A stretch of 64,000 nt of DNA from an uncultured Euryhalocaulis sp. (lineage in GTDB: Bacteria > Pseudomonadota > Alphaproteobacteria > Caulobacterales > Maricaulaceae): NCBI GenBank assembly GCA_913055605.1, contig CAJXKJ010000013.1, forward strand, positions 816 to 64,815. Reading direction: 5' to 3'. Positions 9,416 to 19,169 of this stretch are shown piece by piece. The notes beneath the pieces were generated by a model. The model was given only the letters and a program-made list of their open reading frames with translations, did not search any database and had not been told where the DNA came from. Numbering within the stretch: position 1 is the stretch's first letter; each line of letters begins with the position of its first letter. The translations under genes and the position numbers were made by a program.

Positions 9416-10855
9416 TCAGCGCCTCCACAAACCCGGTGTAAAGGCCGCGACGAAGGCCAGCACCTCCATCCGTCCCAGCGCCATGCCCAGCGCCAGGCAC
9501 CAGCGGGCGGCCGGCGGGAAGGCGCCGAAATCCAGATCCTGCGGCGTGGTGACGCCAAGGATGGGCCCGGCGTTGGACAGGGCGGCCACCGCGGCCGAGG
9601 CCGCCGCGCCGAAATCCGACCCCGCCAGCGTGACGGCCAGGATCAGCGCGCCCAGCGCGCCGGTGAAGCCCAGGAAATAGACCCACAGACTGACAAAGGC
9701 CCGGTCGGCCAGCCGCCGCCCCCGGAAGGTCAGTAGCGCCACGCCCGAGGGGTGGGACACCCGGCGCAGCTCCACCCAGGCGTGATTGAACAGCAGCAGC
9801 ATGCGGATGATCTTCACCCCGCCCGCGGTGGACACCGCCGAGCCGCCGACAAAGGTGACCACGAGGATCAGCGCCGGGGGCAGTTCGCGCACCGCGTCGG
9901 GCGCGGCGAACCGCGCGGTGGTGGAGACCAGCGCGACCGCGTCATGGATCGCCGCCGCGGGCCGGACCGTGTCCTGCAACACGCCGATGAAGATCAGGGC
10001 GGCGGCCAGCGCGGCGGCCCCGGCGATCAGCGCCCGCGTCTCGGGATCGCGGAACCATTCCATCCGCAAGGACGGGTCGCGATAGGCCTGCCACATCAGG
10101 GCGAAGTTCAGCGTGCCGGCCAGCATGGCCAGCGACAGCGCGATCTCCCCTACTGCCGGCACATAGTCCGTCATCGGCTCGGCGCGCGGCGCGCCGCCGC
10201 TGGTCGCCGGCGCGGTCAGCGCCAGATAGAAGGCGTCCATCACCGCGGTCCCGCTGGACACCAGCGCCAGGAAGGCCGCCATGGTGGCGACGACATAGAC
10301 CAGTCCGGCCGACTGCATGATCTGGGAGAAGCGGCCGAACAGCGAGCCCTCCTCCAGCGTGAACAGGGTGGATCGGTGAACGCCTGGCCCGGTCAGGTTC
10401 AGCGCCACCAGGATCACCAGCACCAGGACGACGCTCAGAAAGCCGCCGCCCCATTCCAGCAGCGCGTGATACAGCACGACCGAACGGTCCGCGCGCGTTA
10501 CGTCGATCAGGCCGGAGCCCGTGGTGGTCACCGCCGTCATCGCCTCGAAGAAGGCGTCGCCATAGCCCTCCAGCCCCGGCGCGCCCAGAAACGGAAAGGC
10601 GGCCAGCGCCGGCGTCGTGATCCAGGCGATCAGCAGCATCGCCACGCCTTCGCGCGGCCCCGGCTCCCCGCGCATGGAGCGCGCGAGCAGATAGCCGGAC
10701 ACGCCCAGGAACAGCGCAAAGCCGCCGGTGCCGATAAAGGCGGTCAGCGCCGCGGTCTCGCCCATGCTCGCCGCGGGAATGGCGGCGAACAGGGCCAGCG
10801 CGGCCAGGCCCAGATAGACCGCGCCGAGGCCGCGAAACACGCTGGCGAACGCCAT
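9416..10855 (-). CDS. trkH: Trk system potassium transporter TrkH
   Basis: Multi-TM protein with repeated selectivity-filter-like TTTGSG / TSGG / STAGG segments. Adjacent to trkA. Confidence 0.88.
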   Translation of the reverse strand: MAFASVFRGLGAVYLGLAALALFAAIPAASMGETAALTAFIGTGGFALFLGVSGYLLARSMRGEPGPREGVAMLLIAWITTPALAAFPFLGAPGLEGYGDAFFEAMTAVTTTGSGLIDVTRADRSVVLYHALLEWGGGFLSVVLVLVILVALNLTGPGVHRSTLFTLEEGSLFGRFSQIMQSAGLVYVVATMAAFLALVSSGTAVMDAFYLALTAPATSGGAPRAEPMTDYVPAVGEIALSLAMLAGTLNFALMWQAYRDPSLRMEWFRDPETRALIAGAAALAAALIFIGVLQDTVRPAAAIHDAVALVSTTARFAAPDAVRELPPALILVVTFVGGSAVSTAGGVKIIRMLLLFNHAWVELRRVSHPSGVALLTFRGRRLADRAFVSLWVYFLGFTGALGALILAVTLAGSDFGAAASAAVAALSNAGPILGVTTPQDLDFGAFPPAARWCLALGMALGRMEVLAFVAAFTPGLWRR

Positions 10856-10879
10856 GGCGAGGCCCTCCCCCAGCGATCC

Positions 10880-12250
10880 CTAGAAATAGGCCGCGCTGAC
10901 GCGGAACAGGCGCTCGACCTCGCCGACCAGTTCGCGCTCGGCAAAGACGACCACGCGGTCGCCTTCCTGGATCGTCAGATCCTCGTCGGGCATCAGCACC
11001 TGCTCGCCGCGCGCCACCGCCGCCAGCGTCACGCCGGAGGGCAGGTCCAGCTGCTCCCATTTCCGGCCGACCAGCGGGCTGGTCTCCAGCGCCACGCCCT
11101 CCAGCGCCTCCGCCTCGCCGTCGCCGATCGAATACAGGCCGGTGATGCGGCCGCGCCGGACGTGCTGCAGGATGGTGGACACGGTCGTGGTGCGCGGGTC
11201 GATGAACACGTCCACGCCCAGCGACTCCTGAAGGTCCTCATAGGACCGGTCGTTGATCAGGCAGAAGGCGCGCTTCACGCCCTCGTTCTTCGCCAGAACC
11301 GCGGACAGCACGTTCACCTTGTCGTCGTTGGTCAGGCTGATCACGACCTCGGCGTTCTGGGCGCCGGCCTCGCGCAGGATGTCGCGGTTCAGGCCGTCGC
11401 CGTGCAGCACGACAGTTTTCTTCAGCGCTTCGGCCGCCGTTTCCGCCTGGGCGCGGTCGGCCTCGATCACGCGGGCGCGCACGCCGCGCTTTTCCAGTTC
11501 GCGCGCGACATAGATGCCGACATTGCCGCCGCCGATCAGGATCACGCGCCGCGCGCGCGCGGCGTCCTGGCCGAAAATGTCCAGCGCCCGGGCGACATGG
11601 TCCTTGTCGGACGCGATGTAGATGTCGTCCCCGACCATCACCAGATCGTCCGGTTTCGGCGTGAACAGGCGGTCGTCGCGCTTGATGCCCACCACCCGCG
11701 CCTTCAGCGCCGGGAACAGGTCCGCGATCTGGTTCAGCGTCGTGTTGGCGACCGGACAGTCCTCGCCCAGGCTGACGCCCAGGACCAGGACCTTGCCGCC
11801 GGCGAAAGGCAGCGTGTTGAACGCGCCCGGCGTCTCCAGCCGGCGCAGGATGGCGCGGCCGACTTCCAGCTCCGGCGAGATGATGACGTCGATCGGCAGG
11901 TTGGCGCTGGCGAACACGTCGCGCCAGGCCGGGTCGAGGTAGGAGCGCGAGCGCACGCGCGCCAGCTTGGTCGGGGTGTTGAACAGGGAGTGCGCGACGG
12001 CGCACGCCACCATGTTCACCTCGTCCGAATAGGTCACGGCGATCAGCATGTCCGCCTCGGCCGCCCCTGCCCGCTCCAGAATGTCGGGGTGGGAGCCGTG
12101 GCCGACTACGCCGCGCACGTCCAGCTCGGTGGTCAGCTTGTCGATCAGCTCCTGCGAGGTGTCGACGACGGTGACCGCGTTGCGCTCCTGCGCCAGTTCG
12201 CGGGCGATGCCATAGCCGACGCGCCCCGCACCACAGACCAGAACTCTCAT
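10880..12250 (-). CDS. trkA: Trk system potassium uptake protein TrkA
   Basis: Two RCK/NAD-binding halves (MRVLVCGAGRVGYGIA and VILIGGGNVGIYVA). Confidence 0.92.
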   Translation of the reverse strand: MRVLVCGAGRVGYGIARELAQERNAVTVVDTSQELIDKLTTELDVRGVVGHGSHPDILERAGAAEADMLIAVTYSDEVNMVACAVAHSLFNTPTKLARVRSRSYLDPAWRDVFASANLPIDVIISPELEVGRAILRRLETPGAFNTLPFAGGKVLVLGVSLGEDCPVANTTLNQIADLFPALKARVVGIKRDDRLFTPKPDDLVMVGDDIYIASDKDHVARALDIFGQDAARARRVILIGGGNVGIYVARELEKRGVRARVIEADRAQAETAAEALKKTVVLHGDGLNRDILREAGAQNAEVVISLTNDDKVNVLSAVLAKNEGVKRAFCLINDRSYEDLQESLGVDVFIDPRTTTVSTILQHVRRGRITGLYSIGDGEAEALEGVALETSPLVGRKWEQLDLPSGVTLAAVARGEQVLMPDEDLTIQEGDRVVVFAERELVGEVERLFRVSAAYF

Positions 12251-12265
12251 GACAGCGACCCCGTC

Positions 12266-13678
12266 CTAGTCTTTCCCGTCGCGGCCGGGCGCGCGCACGC
12301 CCAGCATCTTCAGCTTCCGGTGAAGCGCCGACCTCTCCATGCCGATAAAGGCGGCGGTGCGCGAGATATTTCCGCCGAACCGGCTGATCTGCGCGGCCAG
12401 ATAATCGCGCTCGAACTGCTCGCGCGCATCGCGCAGCGGCATGGCGATCAGGCGCTCGGCCCCCGCCTCCCCGCCATTGCGCCCGTCCGGCGCCACCTCG
12501 ACGGGCAGATTGTCCAGGCTGATCGGCTCGTCCGCCTCGCCGCCGGCCAGGATCAGCAGGCGCTCCACATTGTTGCGCAGCTGGCGGACATTGCCCGGCC
12601 ATTCATGCGCCTGCAGCGCCGCCATGGCGTCGTCGGCGATGCGCCGGGGCGTGAGCCCTGAAACGTTCGCCAGCGTGTCGATGAAATAGTCGACCAGTTC
12701 GGGAATATCCTCCCGCCGCGACACCAGCGCCGGCACGGCGACCGGCACCACGTTCAGACGGTGATACAGGTCTTCCCGGAAACGGCCCTGCCCGATGGCT
12801 TCCTTCAGATCGTCGCTGGTGGAGGAGATGACGCGCACATTGACCTGCACGTCCTTGCCGCCGCCGACGCGCTGGAAACGCTGCTCCACCAGAAGGCGCA
12901 GGATCTTGCCCTGGGTCTCCTGCGGCATGTCGCCGATCTCATCCAGATACAGCGTGCCGCCATGGGCGAGCTCGAACAGGCCGGTCTTCACGATCTTGCC
13001 GTCGGGGCTTTCCTCCCCGAACAGCTCCCGCTCCATGCGCTCGGGCGCCATGGCCGCGGAATTGACCGCGATGAAGCGGCCGCCGCCGCGCGGCGACTGG
13101 GCGTGGATCAGGCGCGCGCACAATTCCTTGCCGCTGCCCGCCGGGCCGCAGATCATCACCCGGCTGTTGGCCGGGGCGACCTTGGCGATCAGGTGCCGGA
13201 CATGGGAGATCGCGGCGGACGACCCGATCAGCTGCGGCTCGCCGCCGCCGCGCTCGCGCAGCTCGGCGTTCTCGGTCATCAGGCGGCTGGCCTCCAGCGC
13301 GCGCTTGACGTTGACCAGAAGCCGGTCGGTCTTGAACGGCTTTTCGATGAAGTCATAGGCGCCGCGCTGGATCGCCGCGACGGCGGTGTCGATCGTGCCG
13401 TGGCCGCTGATCATCAGCACCGGAAGATGGGCGTGGGCGCGGCGGATCTCGTCCAGCAGCTCCAGCCCGTCCATGCTGCTGCCCTGCAGCCAGACGTCGA
13501 GGATGACCAGCGCCGGGGCGCGGGCGCGCATCTGGGCCATCGCCTCGTCGGCGCCGGCGGCGCTGCGCACTTCATAGCCCTCGTCTTCCAGGATTCCGGC
13601 GACAAGCTCCCGGATATCCTGTTCGTCGTCCACGACAAGGACGTCGCCGCTCATCATGTCACTCCCGCGATTGGTCAT
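12266..13678 (-). CDS. ntrX: Sigma-54-family response regulator NtrX (REC + AAA+ + HTH)
   Basis: VLVVDDE receiver, GPAGSGKE Walker A, C-terminal Fis-type HTH. The GAFTGA position reads ESPDGKIVKTG, so the motif is absent, as known for NtrX. ATGA overlap with ntrY. Confidence 0.9.
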   Translation of the reverse strand: MTNRGSDMMSGDVLVVDDEQDIRELVAGILEDEGYEVRSAAGADEAMAQMRARAPALVILDVWLQGSSMDGLELLDEIRRAHAHLPVLMISGHGTIDTAVAAIQRGAYDFIEKPFKTDRLLVNVKRALEASRLMTENAELRERGGGEPQLIGSSAAISHVRHLIAKVAPANSRVMICGPAGSGKELCARLIHAQSPRGGGRFIAVNSAAMAPERMERELFGEESPDGKIVKTGLFELAHGGTLYLDEIGDMPQETQGKILRLLVEQRFQRVGGGKDVQVNVRVISSTSDDLKEAIGQGRFREDLYHRLNVVPVAVPALVSRREDIPELVDYFIDTLANVSGLTPRRIADDAMAALQAHEWPGNVRQLRNNVERLLILAGGEADEPISLDNLPVEVAPDGRNGGEAGAERLIAMPLRDAREQFERDYLAAQISRFGGNISRTAAFIGMERSALHRKLKMLGVRAPGRDGKD

Positions 13679-15846
13679 TCGGCCGCTTCTGCTCCACGCG
13701 CCTGGGCGGTCAGGGGGAAAGCCAGCCGCACCACCGCGCCGCGCCCGCCGGAATCCAGGGCGTCAAGCTCCAGCCTGCCGCCATGGTCCTCCATGATGCG
13801 CTGAACGATGGCGAGACCCAGGCCCGTGCCCTTTTCCCGCGTCGTCATATAGGGCTCGGTCAGGCGCTCCCGCGCGCCGGCCGGCCAGCCCAGTCCGTTG
13901 TCCACGATCTCCACCACGCCGTACGGGTCGCGCGTGAACACGCGCACCGCGATCCGGCCCGGCGGCTGGTCCTCTTCCTCCCGCCGCGCGGCGATGGATT
14001 CCGAAGCGTTCTTCAGAATGTTCGCCAGCGCCTGGGAGGCCAGCCGCTCGTCGCACTGGACAACCAGCGGCGCCTCCGGCGCCTCCAGCGTCAGCTTCAC
14101 CTCCGGGCTGGCGACACGCCGGGCGAACACCGTCTCCTGCGCCAGCTCCTGTAGCGAGGCCGGCTCGACGCGCGGCGTCGGCATCCGCGCGAAGGCGGAG
14201 AACTCGTCCACCATGCGGCCGATATCGCTGACCTGACGGATGATCGTGTCGGTGCAGCGGTCGAAAATCTCCGCACTCTCGTCCGGGGGGCGATAGCGCC
14301 TGCGCAGCCGCTCGGCGGACAGCTGGATCGGCGTCAGCGGATTCTTGATCTCGTGCGCGATGCGGCGCGCGACGTCGCGCCAGGCGGCGTTGCGCTGCGC
14401 GGCGATCAGCCGGGTGATGTCGTCGAAGGTCAGGACCACCCTGCCCTCCGCCTCCTGATCGCGCGCGGCGCGGACGTTGAGCGCCAGCATGGCGTCGCCG
14501 CGCTCCAGCTCGACCTCCTGCTCCACCGTGTCGCCAGGGCGCGCCCTCGCCCGGTCCGCGATGGCGGCAAGAGCGGGCGCTATGTCCGCGAGCGGCCGGC
14601 CGGCGAACGCCTCGTCGCTCGCGCCCAGCAGGTCGGCGGCGGAGCGGTTGGCCAGGCGGATGATCCCCGCGTCGTCGACCGACAGCACGCCGGCGCTGAC
14701 GCCCAGCAGCACGGCCTCGATCAGGCGGCGCTGGCCTTCGGATTCCTCGTGCGCGTCGATCAGCTCCTGCCGCTGGCGGCCGATCTGACCGGTCATCAGG
14801 TTGAACGCGCGGGCCAGCGCGGACACCTCGTCCCGCTCGTCATCGACATCCACGCGCGCATCCAGATCGCCCCGGCGCACGCGGTCGGCGGCGACCACCA
14901 GACGCCCGACCGGACCGGCGACCCGCCCGGCGGCCGACAGGCCCAGCCAGACGGCCCCGGCCAGCACCAGCAGCACGGCCTCGAAATAGACCAGGATGAA
15001 AAAGCGCTCGATCTGGCGCCGCTGCTGGCTGGCCTCGCGGAAGGCGTTGATCGCGCCCGCCGTGCCCTCCAGCGCATCGAACAGCGCCCGGTTCACGTCC
15101 GGCACGGCGTACAGATAGGCGTCCGGATAATCGTCCAGCCGCAGCAGGACGCGCAGCGCCCGCTCCTGCTGGTCCACGTCGATGGCGACCTGGGTCTGGG
15201 CGGCGGCGAATTCCTGCGCCGTCGGCGCGCGGTAGGGCGGCGCGGCGGCGGTCTGATAGCTGAGCACCCGGTCGCCGTCCGAATTGACCAGATAGGCGGC
15301 GCGGAACACGCGCAGGCCGGCCATCGCGCCGAACGCCTCGGGCAGCGCTTCGGGCGTGTCCTCGAACTGGTCGCGGTTTTCCTGCAGGTCGCTCGCCATG
15401 CTCTCGGCGTCCAGCTCCGCCTGATCGACGATCTGGTCCAGATAGAACTGGGCCGTCGCCTCGGCGCTCTCGATCGACGCCTCCACCTGCTCCCCGAACC
15501 AGGTCTCCAGCCCGCGCGACAGCAGCACGCCGAAGAACACCGCCATCAGGACGGCGGGCGTGATCGCGGCGAAGCTGAACAGGCCGACAAAACGAAGATG
15601 CAGGCGCGGGGTCGGCGCCCCGCCCACCCGGCGCCACAGCACGCGCACCAGACGCGCCCCGGCCATGGCGGCCAGCGCCAGAATCAGGATCAGGGCGGCG
15701 ATCAGGACGGCGAACAGGGTGTTGCTGGCCGGGCCCGCAGGACCGTAGAGCGCAAGACCCGTCGCCAGCGCGCAACACGAGGCCGCGGCGACGAACCCGG
15801 TCGCGAATACGGCGGAAATCAGGGGTCTTGATGCGCGTTCGGCCAT
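13675..15846 (-). CDS. ntrY: Sensor histidine kinase NtrY (TM-HAMP-PAS-HisKA-HATPase)
   Basis: H-box HEIKNPLTPIQLSAERL, N/G boxes, N-terminal TM segments. ATG at 15846 preferred over the track TTG at 15873 (start uncertain). Confidence 0.88.
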   Translation of the reverse strand: MAERASRPLISAVFATGFVAAASCCALATGLALYGPAGPASNTLFAVLIAALILILALAAMAGARLVRVLWRRVGGAPTPRLHLRFVGLFSFAAITPAVLMAVFFGVLLSRGLETWFGEQVEASIESAEATAQFYLDQIVDQAELDAESMASDLQENRDQFEDTPEALPEAFGAMAGLRVFRAAYLVNSDGDRVLSYQTAAAPPYRAPTAQEFAAAQTQVAIDVDQQERALRVLLRLDDYPDAYLYAVPDVNRALFDALEGTAGAINAFREASQQRRQIERFFILVYFEAVLLVLAGAVWLGLSAAGRVAGPVGRLVVAADRVRRGDLDARVDVDDERDEVSALARAFNLMTGQIGRQRQELIDAHEESEGQRRLIEAVLLGVSAGVLSVDDAGIIRLANRSAADLLGASDEAFAGRPLADIAPALAAIADRARARPGDTVEQEVELERGDAMLALNVRAARDQEAEGRVVLTFDDITRLIAAQRNAAWRDVARRIAHEIKNPLTPIQLSAERLRRRYRPPDESAEIFDRCTDTIIRQVSDIGRMVDEFSAFARMPTPRVEPASLQELAQETVFARRVASPEVKLTLEAPEAPLVVQCDERLASQALANILKNASESIAARREEEDQPPGRIAVRVFTRDPYGVVEIVDNGLGWPAGARERLTEPYMTTREKGTGLGLAIVQRIMEDHGGRLELDALDSGGRGAVVRLAFPLTAQARGAEAAE

Positions 15847-15889
15847 ACCGTCTGTGCGTTCGCCCGCCCGCAATGGGCGTTACCCTGAA

Positions 15890-15921
15890 GCAACACTCGT
15901 GCCGATGCAACACGTGTTGCA
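15890..15921. promoter_or_regulatory. GCAACAC repeats including a perfect 16-bp palindrome TGCAACACGTGTTGCA upstream of ntrY
   Basis: GCAACAC at 15890-15896 and 15907-13, and its inverse GTGTTGC at 15914-20. Sits in the 68-95 bp gap between the dusB stop and the ntrY start. Function is inferred only. Confidence 0.35.
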
Positions 15922-15941
15922 TTCGCGCACAAGCGAAAAAC

Positions 15942-16946
15942 TCAGGCTGCGGCGAGACCGCGCATGTCCGGGGATTCCGCCCAGACGGCCAGGCGGGACA
16001 GAACCGCCTCCGCGTCTGTCAGGCGGCACAGCTCCGCCCGGGCGGCGCGCTGCTGCGCCTCCCCGCCCGGCAGGTCCTCGAGAAAGGCGGTCAGATGCTT
16101 GCGCGCGGCGCGCACGCCCAGCTCCGGCCCGTAATGGTCCAGCATGTCGCGATACTGGTCCTCGAAGGCCGCCAGCCGGTCCGCCATCGGCGGAATCTCG
16201 ATCTCGCCGCCCGTCTCCAGCGCGCGCCCGATGGCGCCCGGCAGCCACGCCCGGCCGACCGCCGCCCGGCCGACCATCACCGCGTCCGCTCCGGACAGGG
16301 CCAGAGCCCGACGCGCCGTTGCAGCGTCCACGATATCGCCATTGACGACGACGGGGACGGACACCGCCGCCTTCACCGCGCGCACCGCGCCCCAGTCCGC
16401 CGCGCCCTCATAGAACTGGCAGCGCGTGCGGCCATGCACGGTGATCATGGACACGCCCGCGCCTTCCGCCCGGCGGGCGAGGTCGGGCGCGTTCAGACTG
16501 TCATGGTCCCAGCCCAGCCGCATTTTCAGCGTCACCGGCGCACTTCCGGCGCCGCGCCCGGCGGCCTCGATCAGGCGCAGCGCATGGTCCAGGTCGCGCA
16601 TGAGGGCGGAGCCGGACAGCGCGCCGCATACCTTGCGCGCCGGGCAGCCCATATTGATGTCGATAATGTCCGCCCCGGCGCCGCGGGCGACACGGGCGCC
16701 CTCCTCCATCCAGCGTTCCTCGCGCCCGGCGAGCTGGACCACCAGCGGCTCGAACTCCCCGCCGCCGGCGGCGCGGCGTTCGCTGTCGCGCTTGCGCTGG
16801 ACCAGTTCGTGGCTGGCCACCATTTCAGACACGACCAGACCCGCGCCGAAGCGCGCGGCGGCCCGCCGCATCGGCAGGTCGCTGATCCCCGACATCGGCG
16901 CCAGGAAGACGCGCGAGGCCGGCCGGTAGGGCCCGATCTGGAACAT
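15942..16946 (-). CDS. dusB: tRNA-dihydrouridine synthase B
   Basis: MFQIGPY..VFLAPMSGISDLPMRR, DINMGCP, VTLKMRLGWD. ATG at 16946 chosen over the longer track ORF. Confidence 0.9.
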   Translation of the reverse strand: MFQIGPYRPASRVFLAPMSGISDLPMRRAAARFGAGLVVSEMVASHELVQRKRDSERRAAGGGEFEPLVVQLAGREERWMEEGARVARGAGADIIDINMGCPARKVCGALSGSALMRDLDHALRLIEAAGRGAGSAPVTLKMRLGWDHDSLNAPDLARRAEGAGVSMITVHGRTRCQFYEGAADWGAVRAVKAAVSVPVVVNGDIVDAATARRALALSGADAVMVGRAAVGRAWLPGAIGRALETGGEIEIPPMADRLAAFEDQYRDMLDHYGPELGVRAARKHLTAFLEDLPGGEAQQRAARAELCRLTDAEAVLSRLAVWAESPDMRGLAAA

Positions 16947-17007
16947 GATGGCCAGCAGCCTTAAAGGAGGCGGGCCGCCGCCACAATCGGGCGGCGCGGG
17001 AGAGCGG

Positions 17008-18153
17008 ATGCGCGCAGCAGCCATCATTGTGGCCGGGGGATCGGGCGAACGCTTCGGCGGCGCGCCGAAACAATACCGTTCCCTGCTGGGCCGCCCCGTC
17101 CTGCGCTGGAGCGTGGACCTGTTCGCGGCGTGCGAAGGCGTGACGCGGACCGTCGTCGTTGCCCGGCCCGAGCATGCCGATCACCTGGCCGCCGCGCTGG
17201 ACGGCGCGCAGGTGGAGACGGCGCCCGCCGGGACCTCGCGCACCGAATCCGTGCGCGCCGGTCTGGCGGCGCTCAGCGAGGACGCGCCGGACGCGGTGCT
17301 GATCCATGACGCCGCCCGGCCGCTGGCCAGTCCGGCGCTGGTCGCGCGGGTGCTGGACGTGCTGAAGACCGCCGACGGCGCGGCGCCGGGCCTAGCCGTG
17401 CCGGACGCACTGAAACAGCGCGACGGGGCGGCCTTCGGCGGCGATGTGGACCGCGGCGGCCTGTGGGCGGTGCAGACGCCCCAGGGCTTCCGCTTCGCGC
17501 CCCTGTGGAACGCCTATCGCGCCCTGCCGCCGGGCGCGGACCTGCCGGACGATGTGGCGGTGGCGCGCGCGGCCGGGTTGAATGTCATGCCCGTTGAGGG
17601 CGAGCGGATGAACATGAAGGCCACCTGGCCGGAGGATCTGGATTTGATGGCGCGCATGGCGGCCCCGCCCGCCCCCCGCATGGCGGTCGGCCACGGCTAT
17701 GACGTTCACGCTTTGACGGCGGGCGACGGCGTGACCCTGTGCGGGGTGCGCATCCCCTGCGGCCTGGCGCTGGTCGGCCATTCGGACGCGGACGCTGGGC
17801 TACACGCGCTGTGCGACGCCATGCTGGGCGCGGCGGGCGCGGGCGATATCGGCCAGCACTTCCCGCCCTCCGACCCGCAATGGAAGGGCGCGGACTCCGC
17901 CCGCTTTATCGAGGGCGCGATGGCGGCGCTGGCCGAGGCCGGCCTCGCCCCCGCCCATGCGGACATCACCCTGATCTGCGAGGCGCCGAAGGTCGGCCCG
18001 CACCGCGAGGCGATGCGCGCCCGCGTGGCGGACCTGCTGGGCCTGCCGCCGGCCAGCGTGAACGTGAAGGCCACGACCACCGAGAAGCTGGGCTTTGTCG
18101 GACGCGGCGAGGGCCTGGCGGCGGAAGCGGTGTTTACCGCCATGGGGCGGTAG
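17008..18153 (+). CDS. ispDF: Bifunctional MEP cytidylyltransferase / MEcPP synthase IspDF
   Basis: N-terminal IIVAGGSGERFG (IspD). C-terminal GHGYDVH...GHSDADAGLHAL (IspF). Confidence 0.92.
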   Translation: MRAAAIIVAGGSGERFGGAPKQYRSLLGRPVLRWSVDLFAACEGVTRTVVVARPEHADHLAAALDGAQVETAPAGTSRTESVRAGLAALSEDAPDAVLIHDAARPLASPALVARVLDVLKTADGAAPGLAVPDALKQRDGAAFGGDVDRGGLWAVQTPQGFRFAPLWNAYRALPPGADLPDDVAVARAAGLNVMPVEGERMNMKATWPEDLDLMARMAAPPAPRMAVGHGYDVHALTAGDGVTLCGVRIPCGLALVGHSDADAGLHALCDAMLGAAGAGDIGQHFPPSDPQWKGADSARFIEGAMAALAEAGLAPAHADITLICEAPKVGPHREAMRARVADLLGLPPASVNVKATTTEKLGFVGRGEGLAAEAVFTAMGR

Positions 18154-18155
18154 GC

Positions 18156-18680
18156 GTGTTTCCGCAGGATATCGTCCAGCAATGCCGGGAGTTGGTCGCC
18201 GCGGCGCAGGCGGCGGGGCTGAAGATCGCCACGGCGGAAAGCTGCACCGGCGGCCTGCTGTCCGGCGCGATCACCGCCATCAACGGCTCGTCCGCCGTGT
18301 TCGAATACGGCTTCGTCACCTACGCCAACGCGGCGAAGGCCGATCTGCTGGGCGTGCCACGAACGGTTCTGGATACGCACGGCGCGGTGTCGATGGAGAC
18401 GGCTTACGCCATGGCCGCCGGAGCGCGGGCGCGCGCGGGGGCCGACGTCGCGGTGTCGGTCACCGGCATCGCCGGCCCGGGCGGCGGCACGCCGCAAAAG
18501 CCCGTGGGCCTGGTCTATTTCGGCTGCGCCGTAGATGGGGCGGTCACCGGCGCGGTGCGCCGGTTCGGCAATCTGGGGCGCGAGGAAGTGCGGCTGGCCT
18601 CTGTGCGCCAGGCGCTCACCATGCTGGCCCGTGCGGCGGAGGCGCGCGGCGCCGGACCGTCTTCGCGGATCGGCGGCTAG
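18156..18680 (+). CDS. CinA C-terminal domain protein / nicotinamide-nucleotide amidohydrolase PncC family
   Basis: ATAESCTGGLLSGAIT and VSVTGIAGPGGG motifs. GTG at 18156 lies 2 nt after the ispDF stop. Confidence 0.85.
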   Translation: MFPQDIVQQCRELVAAAQAAGLKIATAESCTGGLLSGAITAINGSSAVFEYGFVTYANAAKADLLGVPRTVLDTHGAVSMETAYAMAAGARARAGADVAVSVTGIAGPGGGTPQKPVGLVYFGCAVDGAVTGAVRRFGNLGREEVRLASVRQALTMLARAAEARGAGPSSRIGG

Positions 18681-19165
18681 GCGCCCTCGCCGCTCCAGTC
18701 CTCGGCGCCCACCGCGTCGGGATAGCGGCGCTCTGCCTCTTTGGCGAAAGCTTCCAGGATCATGTGGGCGGCGCGGTCGCGTGCGCCCTCGAACGCCATC
18801 CGCAGGACCGGATTGCGGAACTCATACTCCACGCAGAAATCCATCATGGTGGAACCGTCCGGCAAAGGCTCGAAGATCCAGTGATTGGCCAGCGCCTCGA
18901 ACGGGCCGGACAGATAGGACACGTCGATCTTCAGATTGGGCCGGTCCAGCAGGACCTTGGTCGTGAATTTCTCGCGCAGGAATTTGTACCCGACCGCGGT
19001 TTCGGCGGTCATCGTCCGCACGTCCTCCCCCGCCCAGTCCTCGCCGACAATGCGCATGGCGGCGATGAAGGGCACGAAGTCGGGATAGGAGCGGACGTCC
19101 GCGACCAGATCGAAAAGCTGTTCCGGCGTGCGCCGTACGCGCAGCTTTTCGTCATGCATCGGCAT
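18677..19165 (-). CDS. SRPBCC family protein (RatA/COQ10-like)
   Basis: About 160-aa START-like protein immediately downstream of lipA (4-nt gap), the usual alphaproteobacterial pairing. Start is M22 or M24 of the track ORF. Confidence 0.75.
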   Translation of the reverse strand: MPMHDEKLRVRRTPEQLFDLVADVRSYPDFVPFIAAMRIVGEDWAGEDVRTMTAETAVGYKFLREKFTTKVLLDRPNLKIDVSYLSGPFEALANHWIFEPLPDGSTMMDFCVEYEFRNPVLRMAFEGARDRAAHMILEAFAKEAERRYPDAVGAEDWSGEGA

Positions 19166-19169
19166 GGGA

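Noticed and set aside
9752-12661. 969-aa plus-strand ORF antisense to trkH, trkA and ntrX
   Set aside because: Same codon-aligned mirror-frame artefact (offsets from 9416, 10880 and 12266 are multiples of 3). The product is low complexity with no recognisable domains.
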